Assembly (NCBI GenBank): GCA_964354585.1
Contig: CAYHAI010000012.1
Location: 1 to 52,390 of the forward strand
DNA length: 52,390 nucleotides
Source: an uncultured Planctomycetales bacterium
GTDB lineage: Bacteria > Omnitrophota > Gorgyraeia > Gygaellales > Profunditerraquicolaceae
Direction: 5' to 3'
A program made the translations under genes and the position numbers. This document shows, piece after piece, positions 10,269 through 19,454 of this stretch (within the stretch, counting starts at the first letter, position 1; each line of letters starts with the position of its first letter). Below the pieces are notes generated by a model that saw nothing but the letters and a program-made list of their open reading frames with translations, did not search any database and was not told the DNA's origin.

Positions 10269-11766
10269 ATAATTTCTGCGGTTCTACTGGTTCATGATTA
10301 CAGACAATCTGCACCGCAATAGCGCCTGCTACATTTCCCACAAATGAAATGAGCTCCAAAGGCAAGCCCTTGGCAAAACAAGGCGCAGCAAAACTAAAAT
10401 AGGCATCCCCCGCTCCAATCCTGTCTATAACCCGAGATGAAAAAGCAGGTGTTAAGTTTAACTTCCCACCAGAATTAATGCCTATAGAACCATTTTTGCC
10501 CCGAGTTATAATTAAACATTTCGCATGCACGCGTTTGGCTAATATTTTGGCGATATCATCTATTTTTCCAAACCTATCTTGACAGGCAAAACGTGCTTCT
10601 GGTTCATCAATGCAGGTAAAATCAATTGCATGATATTTAGTTACCATATTAAATCCTAAATTTGCACCATTAGCCTGCACATTTACTGTCAAAATTTTTG
10701 CTTTATCTTCTACTAATTGAATTATTTTTTTTGTGATAAAATTGTGTCCATAATCACCAATCATGATAAGGTCATATTTGGGAATTTGTTTCTTGAGATA
10801 CTCCAAGATTTGTCCTTCCAATTTTCGAGGCAACTCATTATCATTAATGTAACATATCTCAAACAATTTTTGGTTCAAATACTCATCAATAAACCGGCGT
10901 TTCACAAGCGTAGCAGCATCCTGGCGATAGAAAAACTTCGGCTTAATGTTTTCCTTAAGTTTCCTTAATATAAAATTTTCCCGGAGATTTTGATTACCCA
11001 ATATAGTTACCAAATGCACATTATCGCATATCCCGGCGACATGATTGGCTACGGCCAAAACTCCGCCGGCAAAAGACTCATCAGAAAGATACTTATTCAC
11101 CACTAAGTGTTCCTTCACAGACTTTCCCAATGGCGCGCAATAGTGGTATTCGTCAATGATGGTATCACCTATAATGAGAACCTTTAATTTTTTAAGGCCC
11201 CCGAGCTGGGTGATAATATCTTGGGCGCTATATTTTTTCTGAAATTCTCTAAGATACTTCCTTGTTTCCTCTGGATAGACATCAAGAAATTGGTTAATTA
11301 TTTTTGTAGAGCTAAAAACCTCTCCTGGCGTATAATGAATTTTGCAACCGGCAACATCCAAGGCCTCTTCCTCCTGTCGGATTTTGCGCATTACCCCTTG
11401 GTCTCTATCTTTATAGTCTTGACCACGCGCAAATACATCGGGTTTTAAAAACTTCACACATTTTAATGGGGCGGAATCATCTACCACGGATATATAATCT
11501 ACGCATCCTAATGAAGCCACATTTTTTGCTCTTAACTCCTCACCAAATATAGGATAACCTGGGCCTTTACGCACATCTTTATCCCTTATTACCGTAACTA
11601 TCAAGACATCGCCAAGCCTCTTCGCAGCCTCGATATGTCTGATAATACCCGGATGAATAATATCAAACACACCATGACATTGCACAACCTTTTTACCTTT
11701 TTTCTTTAGCTTAGAAACAATCTGGCATAGTTCTTTAAAGGTCTTAATTTTATTTTCGGTGTCCAT
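10240..11766 (-). CDS. Bifunctional nucleotidyltransferase / PfkB-type sugar kinase (HldE-related, reversed domain order)
   Basis: N-terminal HGVFDIIHPG...FSST cytidylyltransferase-like domain; C-terminal IIGDTIIDEY...DRIGAGDAY PfkB signature. Confidence 0.88.
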   Translation of the reverse strand: MDTENKIKTFKELCQIVSKLKKKGKKVVQCHGVFDIIHPGIIRHIEAAKRLGDVLIVTVIRDKDVRKGPGYPIFGEELRAKNVASLGCVDYISVVDDSAPLKCVKFLKPDVFARGQDYKDRDQGVMRKIRQEEEALDVAGCKIHYTPGEVFSSTKIINQFLDVYPEETRKYLREFQKKYSAQDIITQLGGLKKLKVLIIGDTIIDEYHYCAPLGKSVKEHLVVNKYLSDESFAGGVLAVANHVAGICDNVHLVTILGNQNLRENFILRKLKENIKPKFFYRQDAATLVKRRFIDEYLNQKLFEICYINDNELPRKLEGQILEYLKKQIPKYDLIMIGDYGHNFITKKIIQLVEDKAKILTVNVQANGANLGFNMVTKYHAIDFTCIDEPEARFACQDRFGKIDDIAKILAKRVHAKCLIITRGKNGSIGINSGGKLNLTPAFSSRVIDRIGAGDAYFSFAAPCFAKGLPLELISFVGNVAGAIAVQIVCNHEPVEPQKLFEFIYTLLR

Positions 11767-11783
11767 CTTTCTCCTTATTTTCT

Positions 11784-12263
11784 TTAAAACGTAAAGTATT
11801 TCTTTAATAATTTTGTGGAAGAAAAAACAATCTCATGGGTAAAACGCACTCGACATCCAATTTCTTTTAGTACTTTTAGTTCTTTTTGTAACTTTCCTGT
11901 TTTATCTTTTTCGCCCTCAAATTCCTGGCCTTTAACATAAAAATGAGGTTTTATTCTCTTAAGCGTCTCTACCGCAGTAGGCCACTTATTGATACTGGCA
12001 AAATCCACACATTCTAACGCTGCTACAGAGTTTACCCTTAAGTTCTGATTAAAGACAGGCCTCCCCGGTCCTTTGTCTACATATTTATCAGAGGTTACCG
12101 TTACCATAAGTATATCCCCCATTTTCTTTGCTGCCTGAAAGTGTTTAATATGGCCGGGGTGCATAAGGTCAAAACAACCGTGGCATAAAACAATTTTTTT
12201 ACCAGCGCGTTTTAGATTCTTTAAATTTTTAGCTAATGTATCAAATTTAACGACCTTTCCCAA
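11784..12263 (-). CDS. Standalone cytidylyltransferase-family (RfaE domain II-like) nucleotidyltransferase
   Basis: HGCFDLMHPGH (HxGH), KGPGRP, YVKGQE, FSSTKL. Confidence 0.88.
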   Translation of the reverse strand: MGKVVKFDTLAKNLKNLKRAGKKIVLCHGCFDLMHPGHIKHFQAAKKMGDILMVTVTSDKYVDKGPGRPVFNQNLRVNSVAALECVDFASINKWPTAVETLKRIKPHFYVKGQEFEGEKDKTGKLQKELKVLKEIGCRVRFTHEIVFSSTKLLKKYFTF

Positions 12264-13236
12264 CTGTGGCCTCCATTTTATTTATCTGCGCCCACAAATT
12301 CGGGATGGTTTGAGAGTGTTTGCCTCTGATATAAAAACTTTTTCCGCCACCGGCAATACTACGCACTAACATCGTCTTCCAAGGCCTAAAATAGTACACA
12401 GGTTCATTTCGCGAGGGTTCTTTTTTAATATTACCTGAGAGCCGTATAAGGTCAAAAACAACGCTGGTAAAATGCCTGATATCCTTACCTTGCCTATGAG
12501 CGACGTTTCTGGCCATGCTTAAGGCCTTTAAAAAAACTTCCGGTCCCATTACCGCGCTACCGAAATTAATAATCAGGCCGTTTTCTAAATTTTGCACTAC
12601 AGAAACAAATTTTAAAAAATCATTATAAGAAAGAGCGCCTGTGGCTGCGCCACTGCAATTAGGGTGTTCGTGAATAATATCATAACCAATGCCTACATGT
12701 ATGGTAATGGGAATACCTAAACGATAACCGGCAGCTAAGATACTAATTGATTTATAGGGAAAGCGAGAATTCTCTACATAGCGTCCAATAGCCTCTCCCA
12801 TACCTATGTTTTTATCTTTTGCGTAGGCCTGATTGATAATATCATTTAATTGCGCGGTTTCTCTCCAAAGGCCGAATTGCCCTTCTTTTATATAACGCGC
12901 TACATTTTCAGTGGTGGCGCCAATTAAAGCAAATTCAAAGTCATGGATTATCCCCGCGCCGTTTATGGCAATGCATGATATATAACCTCTTTGCATTAAA
13001 TCAATAAGATAATTCTGCACGCCCGACCTTAGAACGTGCGCGCCAAGCACCATAATAATTGCCCCCTGTTTTTTCTTGGAGCGAAGCACACACTGCGCAA
13101 GCTCTGCGAGCCGAACATTACCCTTTGATATCTGCTGAGTTTCCACTTTTCTTATAATTGAAATATCCAAATCGTGTTTTCTCTTTGATAAGGCCTTAAT
13201 AATTAGTCTGTCTCGATCAAATAATTGTGCTTTCAT
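12247..13236 (-). CDS. Conserved hypothetical protein, possibly deoxyhypusine-synthase-like fold
   Basis: LGAHVLRSG, NGAGIIHDFE, FGLWRET, PITIHVGIGYDIIHEHP and NFGSAVMGPEVFLKAL blocks recall a DHS-like uncharacterised family. Fold assignment is from memory. Confidence 0.55.
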   Translation of the reverse strand: MKAQLFDRDRLIIKALSKRKHDLDISIIRKVETQQISKGNVRLAELAQCVLRSKKKQGAIIMVLGAHVLRSGVQNYLIDLMQRGYISCIAINGAGIIHDFEFALIGATTENVARYIKEGQFGLWRETAQLNDIINQAYAKDKNIGMGEAIGRYVENSRFPYKSISILAAGYRLGIPITIHVGIGYDIIHEHPNCSGAATGALSYNDFLKFVSVVQNLENGLIINFGSAVMGPEVFLKALSMARNVAHRQGKDIRHFTSVVFDLIRLSGNIKKEPSRNEPVYYFRPWKTMLVRSIAGGGKSFYIRGKHSQTIPNLWAQINKMEATVGKGR

Positions 13237-13260
13237 TTATCAGCTAATGCACCTCCTCCA

Positions 13261-14565
13261 TTAAGGTATAGTCTTGTCAAGACAAACCGTCTCCCAGGCA
13301 AGCCGCGGCCGTATTACTGGTCCTGCCCAAGAACCCAAAAATTCTTTGCGCATCTGTCCGGTATCATGTACATCAAACGAAAGTAAATATTCCAGGAGAA
13401 TCTGGGTATCAAAAAAATCTTTACCCAGAATAACACCAATACTGTATAAGCCTTCATTAAGAAAATTCCCGGGTATGCGACAGATAGATTTAAAGAGACC
13501 TTTAGGATACGCCCGCCCACTCCAGTAATCTTCACTTAGAGAAACTGACTTATGATTACTCGAAGTAAGTATGAAAGTACCTACCCCATCTCTCAGGCGG
13601 ATGCCTGGATAAAGAAATGCTCCTTCTCGCAAATTCCAATAGTTAATCTCAATGATAACCTCTCTGGAGATATCTATATCTGCGGCAGGGCCATCTATTC
13701 CTTCCTGAAGGATACGGACCGCCTGTAAACGCACAATATCATTACCTGGTGCCTTGTCTGGTTCAAGCCACACTACCTGGCCGGATGCAGAGCGAACTGT
13801 ATCTAAATAATACTGAACAACATCTCTAGGAAGGCCTTCTTTCTCTAAACTGCCTGCTGTCAATAAAAGAGCGCGCTGACAAAGATTGATGATACTAGGT
13901 ATATTATGCGAAACAAACAGCACTGTCCTGCCTTCTTTAGCTACATCGCCCATCTTACCCAAGCACTTCTTTTGAAAGGCTGCATCACCTACTGCCAAGA
14001 CTTCATCTATCAACAAAATCTCCGGCTCAAGGTGAGCAGCTACCGCAAAGGCAAGGCGCAAATACATACCGCTGGAATAGTGTTTCACCGGAGTATCAAT
14101 AAACTTCTCAATTTCGGCAAAAGCCACTATCTCATCAAACTTACGCTTTATTTCTTCCTTCTTCATACCCAAGATGATACCACTCAAGAAGATATTATCC
14201 CGACCAGTCAGTTCAGGATGAAAACCCGTGCCGACCTCAAGCAGTGAAGCTATCCGGCCTTGGACTTCGACATACCCTTCAGTGGGCGGAGTGATACGGG
14301 AAAGTATTTTAAGAAGAGTGGATTTACCTGCCCCATTACGGCCAATTATGCCCACGGCTTCGCCTTTTTTTATCTGGAAAGATACATTCTTTAGCGCCCA
14401 GATGTAACTTGGGGTCTGTTCTTTTGATTTTAAACCATTTTTAAGTTTTTTAAGGGAAGATGTAAAGATATTGTTTATAGCCTCGCGTAAGGTTTCATAA
14501 GGCGCTTTCTCTGCGATATGATAAAGTTTACCTAAGTTTTCTGCGCGTATCACCACTTCGTTCAT
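13261..14565 (-). CDS. wzt: Polysaccharide ABC transporter ATP-binding subunit with C-terminal carbohydrate-binding domain
   Basis: GRNGAGKST, LLEVGTGFHPELTGR, YSSGMYLRLAF, LLIDEVLAVGD, plus a ~180-aa Wzt_C extension. Confidence 0.93.
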   Translation of the reverse strand: MNEVVIRAENLGKLYHIAEKAPYETLREAINNIFTSSLKKLKNGLKSKEQTPSYIWALKNVSFQIKKGEAVGIIGRNGAGKSTLLKILSRITPPTEGYVEVQGRIASLLEVGTGFHPELTGRDNIFLSGIILGMKKEEIKRKFDEIVAFAEIEKFIDTPVKHYSSGMYLRLAFAVAAHLEPEILLIDEVLAVGDAAFQKKCLGKMGDVAKEGRTVLFVSHNIPSIINLCQRALLLTAGSLEKEGLPRDVVQYYLDTVRSASGQVVWLEPDKAPGNDIVRLQAVRILQEGIDGPAADIDISREVIIEINYWNLREGAFLYPGIRLRDGVGTFILTSSNHKSVSLSEDYWSGRAYPKGLFKSICRIPGNFLNEGLYSIGVILGKDFFDTQILLEYLLSFDVHDTGQMRKEFLGSWAGPVIRPRLAWETVCLDKTIP

Positions 14566-14568
14566 CTT

Positions 14569-16494
14569 CTACACCATATCTGCAAAAACTTTCTCCATCC
14601 GGCGAAAATAAAAAGCGCCAGAAATCAAGATAAGCAAAACTATCGCTATGGAAACTATCATGAGCGGGCCGGGCGGTTCTGTTCCGACGAGGACCCAACG
14701 AAAACCTTCGATTACGCCTACCATCGGATTTAAACCATATATCCACTGCCAGGACTTCGGCAAAGATGAACTGGAGTAAACCACCGGCGAGGCAAAAAAC
14801 CAAAACTGGATTAAAAAAGGTATGGTATAGCGGACATCCCGATACTGCACATTAATTGCGGAAAGCCACAAACCCACTGCCAAGGCAGTAATTAATGCCA
14901 AGAGCAGAAAAACAGGAAGTAGAAGGATTTTTATGGTGGGAGGAAAACCATAATAAAACATCAACCCGATAAAAACAAGAAATGCAAAGCCAAAATCAAC
15001 CAAAGGAGATATAATCCCAGAGATAGGCATAATTAGCCGCGGGAAATAAACCTTCGTAATAAGATTAGCGTTCTGGACCACGCTGTCAGTAGAACGGCTA
15101 AGCCCTTCGGCAAATAACATCCAGGGCAGTATGGCCGCATAACTAAATAAGGGATAAGCAATACCTTCGCGCGGGACTTTCATAAACTTGCCAAAGAAGA
15201 GACTGAATACCACCATCATCAAAAATGGCTGCAATATTGCCCAGGCAGCGCCCAGGGTCGTCTGCTTGTAACGCACTTTGATCTCACGCCAGATAAAAAA
15301 ATAGAGTAATTCGCGATGGCGCCAGAGCTCTTTTAGATCAATAGGCACCCATCCCTTAACAGATTTAATCCTTAGGATAGGATTAGAAGATATTACCTTT
15401 GCAGAAATTATTTCAGAGACGCGCTCTTTAAATTTATGAAAACTAAAAAATTCAAGGATGCGCTGTCTAAGATATGGACCATCTAATAAACTTTCAGGCG
15501 CTTCTCTTTTTAAAATTTTGATAATTGCGGCTTTAATTTCGCTGAGATTATGCGGGTTAACCAAAAACCCTAGCTCTCCATCCAAAAGCGCATCGCCTGA
15601 ACCATCAATATTTCCGGCAATAACCGGCTTACCACAGGCAAGCGCTTCTAAAAAGACTATTCCAAATCCTTCCGCCTTACTGGGCATTACAAAGACATCG
15701 CAGAGATTATAATAATCTACTATTTCCTCGTGAGGTATAAAACCGTTAAGTATTACTTTATCTTCCAAATTATTATCGCTAATCAGCGCCTTTATTCTCT
15801 CTTCATCGCTACCTGAGCCTACGATAATATATTTTGCATTAGGAACCTCTTTTACTATTTCTTTCATCGCCATAATCACCAAGTCATATCCCTTATACTT
15901 TTCTTGCTTCGATAACCTGGCAATGGTAAGAAGAATCTTATCATCGGGTTTTATGTTCAGCTTATTCATAAGATACTCTGGTTTTGGCTGGGGTTTAAAC
16001 TTCTCTGCATCAAATGTGTTAGGAAGGATAAATATATTATCTTCTCCATAGTGCGGTAATTGCTTCAGAATTTCATTTTTGGTGAATCGACTTACTGAAA
16101 GAATTTCAAGAGAACATCTAAGCCCTAATCTTTTTAGCCCCCTCAACCTCCACGCCTCTATGCCATGGGTGATGGTAAAGTAAGGCGCCTTAAAAATTGT
16201 TTTTAATAACAGACAAAAGGGGGAAAAATTAATATGACCGCAGAGGATAAGATCGGGTTTAAAACTAAAAATCTGCCTTAAGGTATTTATAATAAATGCA
16301 GTCTTTTTAAAATATCCATATTTACCACAAGGCATAAATGAGCATTTGGCATTATTCAGGCTTTTGCTATCATTTAGAGAAACCACGCTTAGGTTATTCC
16401 CAAGTTCAGCCAATGCCTTTATCAGGTGATTATTAAATACCTGAATACCGCCTTTACTATTAGCAAGGTCGGTAACTAAAAATAGAATTTTCAT
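14569..16494 (-). CDS. Fusion: GT4 glycosyltransferase (N-terminal ~365 aa) + Wzm ABC-2 permease (C-terminal ~270 aa)
   Basis: GGIQ...HGIEAW...EGFGIVFLEALACGKPVIAG (GT4), followed in frame by ELWRHRELLYFFIWREIKVRYKQTTLGAAWAILQP...KVYFPR...YRDV...LNP...FADMV (Wzm). Confidence 0.9.
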   Translation of the reverse strand: MKILFLVTDLANSKGGIQVFNNHLIKALAELGNNLSVVSLNDSKSLNNAKCSFMPCGKYGYFKKTAFIINTLRQIFSFKPDLILCGHINFSPFCLLLKTIFKAPYFTITHGIEAWRLRGLKRLGLRCSLEILSVSRFTKNEILKQLPHYGEDNIFILPNTFDAEKFKPQPKPEYLMNKLNIKPDDKILLTIARLSKQEKYKGYDLVIMAMKEIVKEVPNAKYIIVGSGSDEERIKALISDNNLEDKVILNGFIPHEEIVDYYNLCDVFVMPSKAEGFGIVFLEALACGKPVIAGNIDGSGDALLDGELGFLVNPHNLSEIKAAIIKILKREAPESLLDGPYLRQRILEFFSFHKFKERVSEIISAKVISSNPILRIKSVKGWVPIDLKELWRHRELLYFFIWREIKVRYKQTTLGAAWAILQPFLMMVVFSLFFGKFMKVPREGIAYPLFSYAAILPWMLFAEGLSRSTDSVVQNANLITKVYFPRLIMPISGIISPLVDFGFAFLVFIGLMFYYGFPPTIKILLLPVFLLLALITALAVGLWLSAINVQYRDVRYTIPFLIQFWFFASPVVYSSSSLPKSWQWIYGLNPMVGVIEGFRWVLVGTEPPGPLMIVSIAIVLLILISGAFYFRRMEKVFADMV

Positions 16495-16495
16495 T

Positions 16496-18331
16496 TTATT
16501 GCCTTCCCATTACTATCAGCGCCCAAGCCCTTGACCAGTGTAGCCTGCCCTGTTCAAACTTACGCCAGAGGCCATTAGCGTATCTCTTGTTTATATTACC
16601 TTTAGATAAGGCAACCTTCAAAAGTTGATTCCCTTGTTTTCTTAGCCATAAATCAAAAGGGAAAGTAAACCCTTGTTTTTTTCTATAAATAATTTCTCTA
16701 GGCAACATATCCTTAAGGGATTTTGCTAGAAGCGGCTTGGGTATATTTTTATCAATTTTTAGGCGGGAATCTACAGCGGCTATATAATCCACCAGAATAT
16801 GGTCAAGGAAAGGCACCCTGGTTTCCACAGAATGATACATACTCATAAAATCGGTATCTTTCAGGAGTTGATTCTGCAGGTACAAATTTATTTCCATATG
16901 TGAAAGCCAATCGATAGGGTTTAAAGTATTAAGTATTGAGTATTGAGTATTGAGATTAAAATCATCTATTGAATTGCTTACTTCTTTCTCGGTAATATCC
17001 AAAATTCTTGCTACATCCTTTGGAACAAAGAGCCCTCTGATAGCTAAGTAGAGCGCCAGATGGTCATCTTTTTGAAGATAATTTAACTTACGCCAGCGAT
17101 CATTAAGACCGCCGGTTAAAGCAAGCGCAGACCGCAATATTTTCGGCAGACGATTTATAGCCTTAAGCAACCGGATTTTTTTAAATGATTCGTAGCCGCA
17201 AAAAATTTCATCTCCTCCTAAACCTGACAATACTGCCTTCAGCCCTGCCTGTTTAGCCGCCCTGGAGACAAAATAGGTATTCACTCCATCAACCGTGGGT
17301 TGGTCCATCGCCGTAAAAATATTATCTATCTCGGCATAAAAATCCTTCTGTGTTACTTTTATCTGCCGATGGTCTGTGCGGTATTGCTCGGTAATCATCT
17401 TCTGGTAGGGGAGTTCAGAATATGCTTCTTCATCAAAGATAATGGAGAGCGTGGTAATCGGAATATCTCTGGCCTTACTGGCCAGGGCAACCAGAACTGA
17501 TGAGTCTATGCCTCCGCTTAAAAATACACCCAATGGCGCATCGCTAATCAAATGCAGGTCTATCGCTTCAGTCAGAATAGAACGCAAACTGCTATATATA
17601 TCTTCAGTGTCTTTTAACTTAGCTTTAGTGAAACTATCAATAGGGTCGTAGTATTTTACCAGTCTTTTTTTACCATTCTCAATTAACATATAACTGCCCA
17701 CTGATAGAGAAAAAACATTTTTTATTGTCGTCCAAGGCGCCGGGATATAACCAAAAATAAAAAAGGCAATATCCGCCTTCTGGTTACGTTCAACCGGGAT
17801 AATTCCGCTTTTTACCATAGCGCCCACCTCAGAAGAAAATATGAGCAGTTTATCATCTTGATAATAATAAAGCGGCTTTATGCCAAAGCGGTCGCGGGCA
17901 AGGATAAACCTTGGGATCGGAGATGTTAGGTCATAAATGGCAAAGGCAAACATTCCTCGCAGGCGCTTAAGCAAACCATCAATTCCCCATTCCTTATAAC
18001 CATTGACGACTACCTCTGTATCGGAATTAGAGCTAAGGCTGTAACCTTTTTCTTTTAGTTCATTTTGCAGTTGGCAATAGTTATATATTTCGCCGTTGTA
18101 TGATATCCATACTTTGCCCTCTCTATCAGACATTGGCTGGTGGGCTAAAGGGGTAAGGTCGATTATGGAAAGCCTTGTATTAACGAGGCAAAATCGTTTA
18201 TCAGAACTAAAATAAACGCCATGGTCATCCGGCCCGCGGCGCGTCAAATAATCGCGCATCTTGACTGTGCGGGTAAAATCTATCTCTTTTTCTTCTTTAA
18301 GATTATACGTTCCGGCAATTCCACACATCAT
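16496..18331 (-). CDS. asnB: Asparagine synthase (glutamine-hydrolysing)-family amidotransferase, probably amidating glycan carboxylates
   Basis: MCGIAG N-terminal nucleophile, RGPD, RLSIID, YNGEIYN, ARDRFGIKPLYY, FLSGGIDSS, LSGLGGDEIFCGY, ETRVPFLDH, KKQGF. Confidence 0.92.
   Translation of the reverse strand: MMCGIAGTYNLKEEKEIDFTRTVKMRDYLTRRGPDDHGVYFSSDKRFCLVNTRLSIIDLTPLAHQPMSDREGKVWISYNGEIYNYCQLQNELKEKGYSLSSNSDTEVVVNGYKEWGIDGLLKRLRGMFAFAIYDLTSPIPRFILARDRFGIKPLYYYQDDKLLIFSSEVGAMVKSGIIPVERNQKADIAFFIFGYIPAPWTTIKNVFSLSVGSYMLIENGKKRLVKYYDPIDSFTKAKLKDTEDIYSSLRSILTEAIDLHLISDAPLGVFLSGGIDSSVLVALASKARDIPITTLSIIFDEEAYSELPYQKMITEQYRTDHRQIKVTQKDFYAEIDNIFTAMDQPTVDGVNTYFVSRAAKQAGLKAVLSGLGGDEIFCGYESFKKIRLLKAINRLPKILRSALALTGGLNDRWRKLNYLQKDDHLALYLAIRGLFVPKDVARILDITEKEVSNSIDDFNLNTQYSILNTLNPIDWLSHMEINLYLQNQLLKDTDFMSMYHSVETRVPFLDHILVDYIAAVDSRLKIDKNIPKPLLAKSLKDMLPREIIYRKKQGFTFPFDLWLRKQGNQLLKVALSKGNINKRYANGLWRKFEQGRLHWSRAWALIVMGRQ
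16924..16954. repeat. Heptamer tandem repeat (AAGTATT x2, GAGTATT x2, GAG) inside asnB
   Basis: Read directly; encodes the low-complexity segment LNTQYSILNTL. Confidence 0.8.
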
Positions 18332-18337
18332 CGTTGG

Positions 18338-19435
18338 TTATACAAAGACATCTTTCAGGAAACCAATAAAAACCTTGCCTAAGAGAATCTGTAACTGGGG
18401 GTCTTTAATAATGATAGATATGACCTTAGAATGATTCTCAAAATCTCCAAACTTTTCTATAATACTGGCATTATTCTTAAGAACGGCGAATAATTTTTCC
18501 GTTTCCTCTTGGTTTAACCTCTCATACATTCGTTTTAATTTTAAACCGATATCAATTTCTCTCTCAAATCTCTGCTTCCATTGCCTCTCGTATTCTCCAG
18601 CGTTATTCTTTAATATACAATCAACGAGCATCTCTGCGCAGCGCATCCCGTAATATATACCACCATGGGTTAAAGGCTTTACCTGACAGGCAGCATCGCC
18701 TACTAAAAATATATTTCTATTATGGGTGAGGCATTTTCCTAAAGGCACAACTCCGGCGAATTTTTCTAAAATTTCTCCCTCAATAGACTTCTCTTCTAGA
18801 AATTCGCTTAAATCATGGTAAGGATTATCCGAAATAATCCCTATCCGGACAATACCTTCACCCTCGGGAATAATCCAGGCAAAACAGGGGCTTTTTAAAT
18901 AAACTTGAACGGAATTTTTATCACACTTATCATATCCCATTCTAAATTGCACCCCGCGCAGATACTCTATATTTCCCTTAAAACCTGTGATCTTACGCAG
19001 CGTTGAATTTGCGCCATCTGAACCGATAACAATATCTGCGTAATATTCTCCTTTGTCTGTCTCTACCAGGTAAGCCTCGCCTTCCCTTTCTATGCCGACA
19101 AATTTGGTGTTAAAATTTATCTTCAGTCCAATACCTAAGGCGCGGTCAAACTTTTCCCGGTCTATTACCACGGCCACGTCTTTTCTGTTTATTCTAAAAC
19201 TATCGTGATTTAAGAAAAACTCCGCGCCATCTATCCGATTAATGATGACGTCATCATTAATCGGAACTTTAATTTGAGTGAACACATCCATACTCACCAG
19301 ACCTGCGCAATGAACAGGCCGGCCAATCTCTGGATGTTCCTCAATGATAGTAATGTCAAAATCCCTATCTTTTTCTTTTAGTAATTGCGCGGTATAGCAA
19401 CCGATAGGTCCTGCGCCAATAATTATTATCTTCAT
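18338..19435 (-). CDS. Geranylgeranyl-reductase-family FAD-dependent oxidoreductase
   Basis: IIGAGPIG, EEHPEIGRPVHCAGL, IDREKFD, GSDGANS, FAWIIP, LVGDAACQVKPLTHGGIYYG. Confidence 0.85.
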   Translation of the reverse strand: MKIIIIGAGPIGCYTAQLLKEKDRDFDITIIEEHPEIGRPVHCAGLVSMDVFTQIKVPINDDVIINRIDGAEFFLNHDSFRINRKDVAVVIDREKFDRALGIGLKINFNTKFVGIEREGEAYLVETDKGEYYADIVIGSDGANSTLRKITGFKGNIEYLRGVQFRMGYDKCDKNSVQVYLKSPCFAWIIPEGEGIVRIGIISDNPYHDLSEFLEEKSIEGEILEKFAGVVPLGKCLTHNRNIFLVGDAACQVKPLTHGGIYYGMRCAEMLVDCILKNNAGEYERQWKQRFEREIDIGLKLKRMYERLNQEETEKLFAVLKNNASIIEKFGDFENHSKVISIIIKDPQLQILLGKVFIGFLKDVFV

Positions 19436-19454
19436 CCCGCACCTTCTATTTTAT

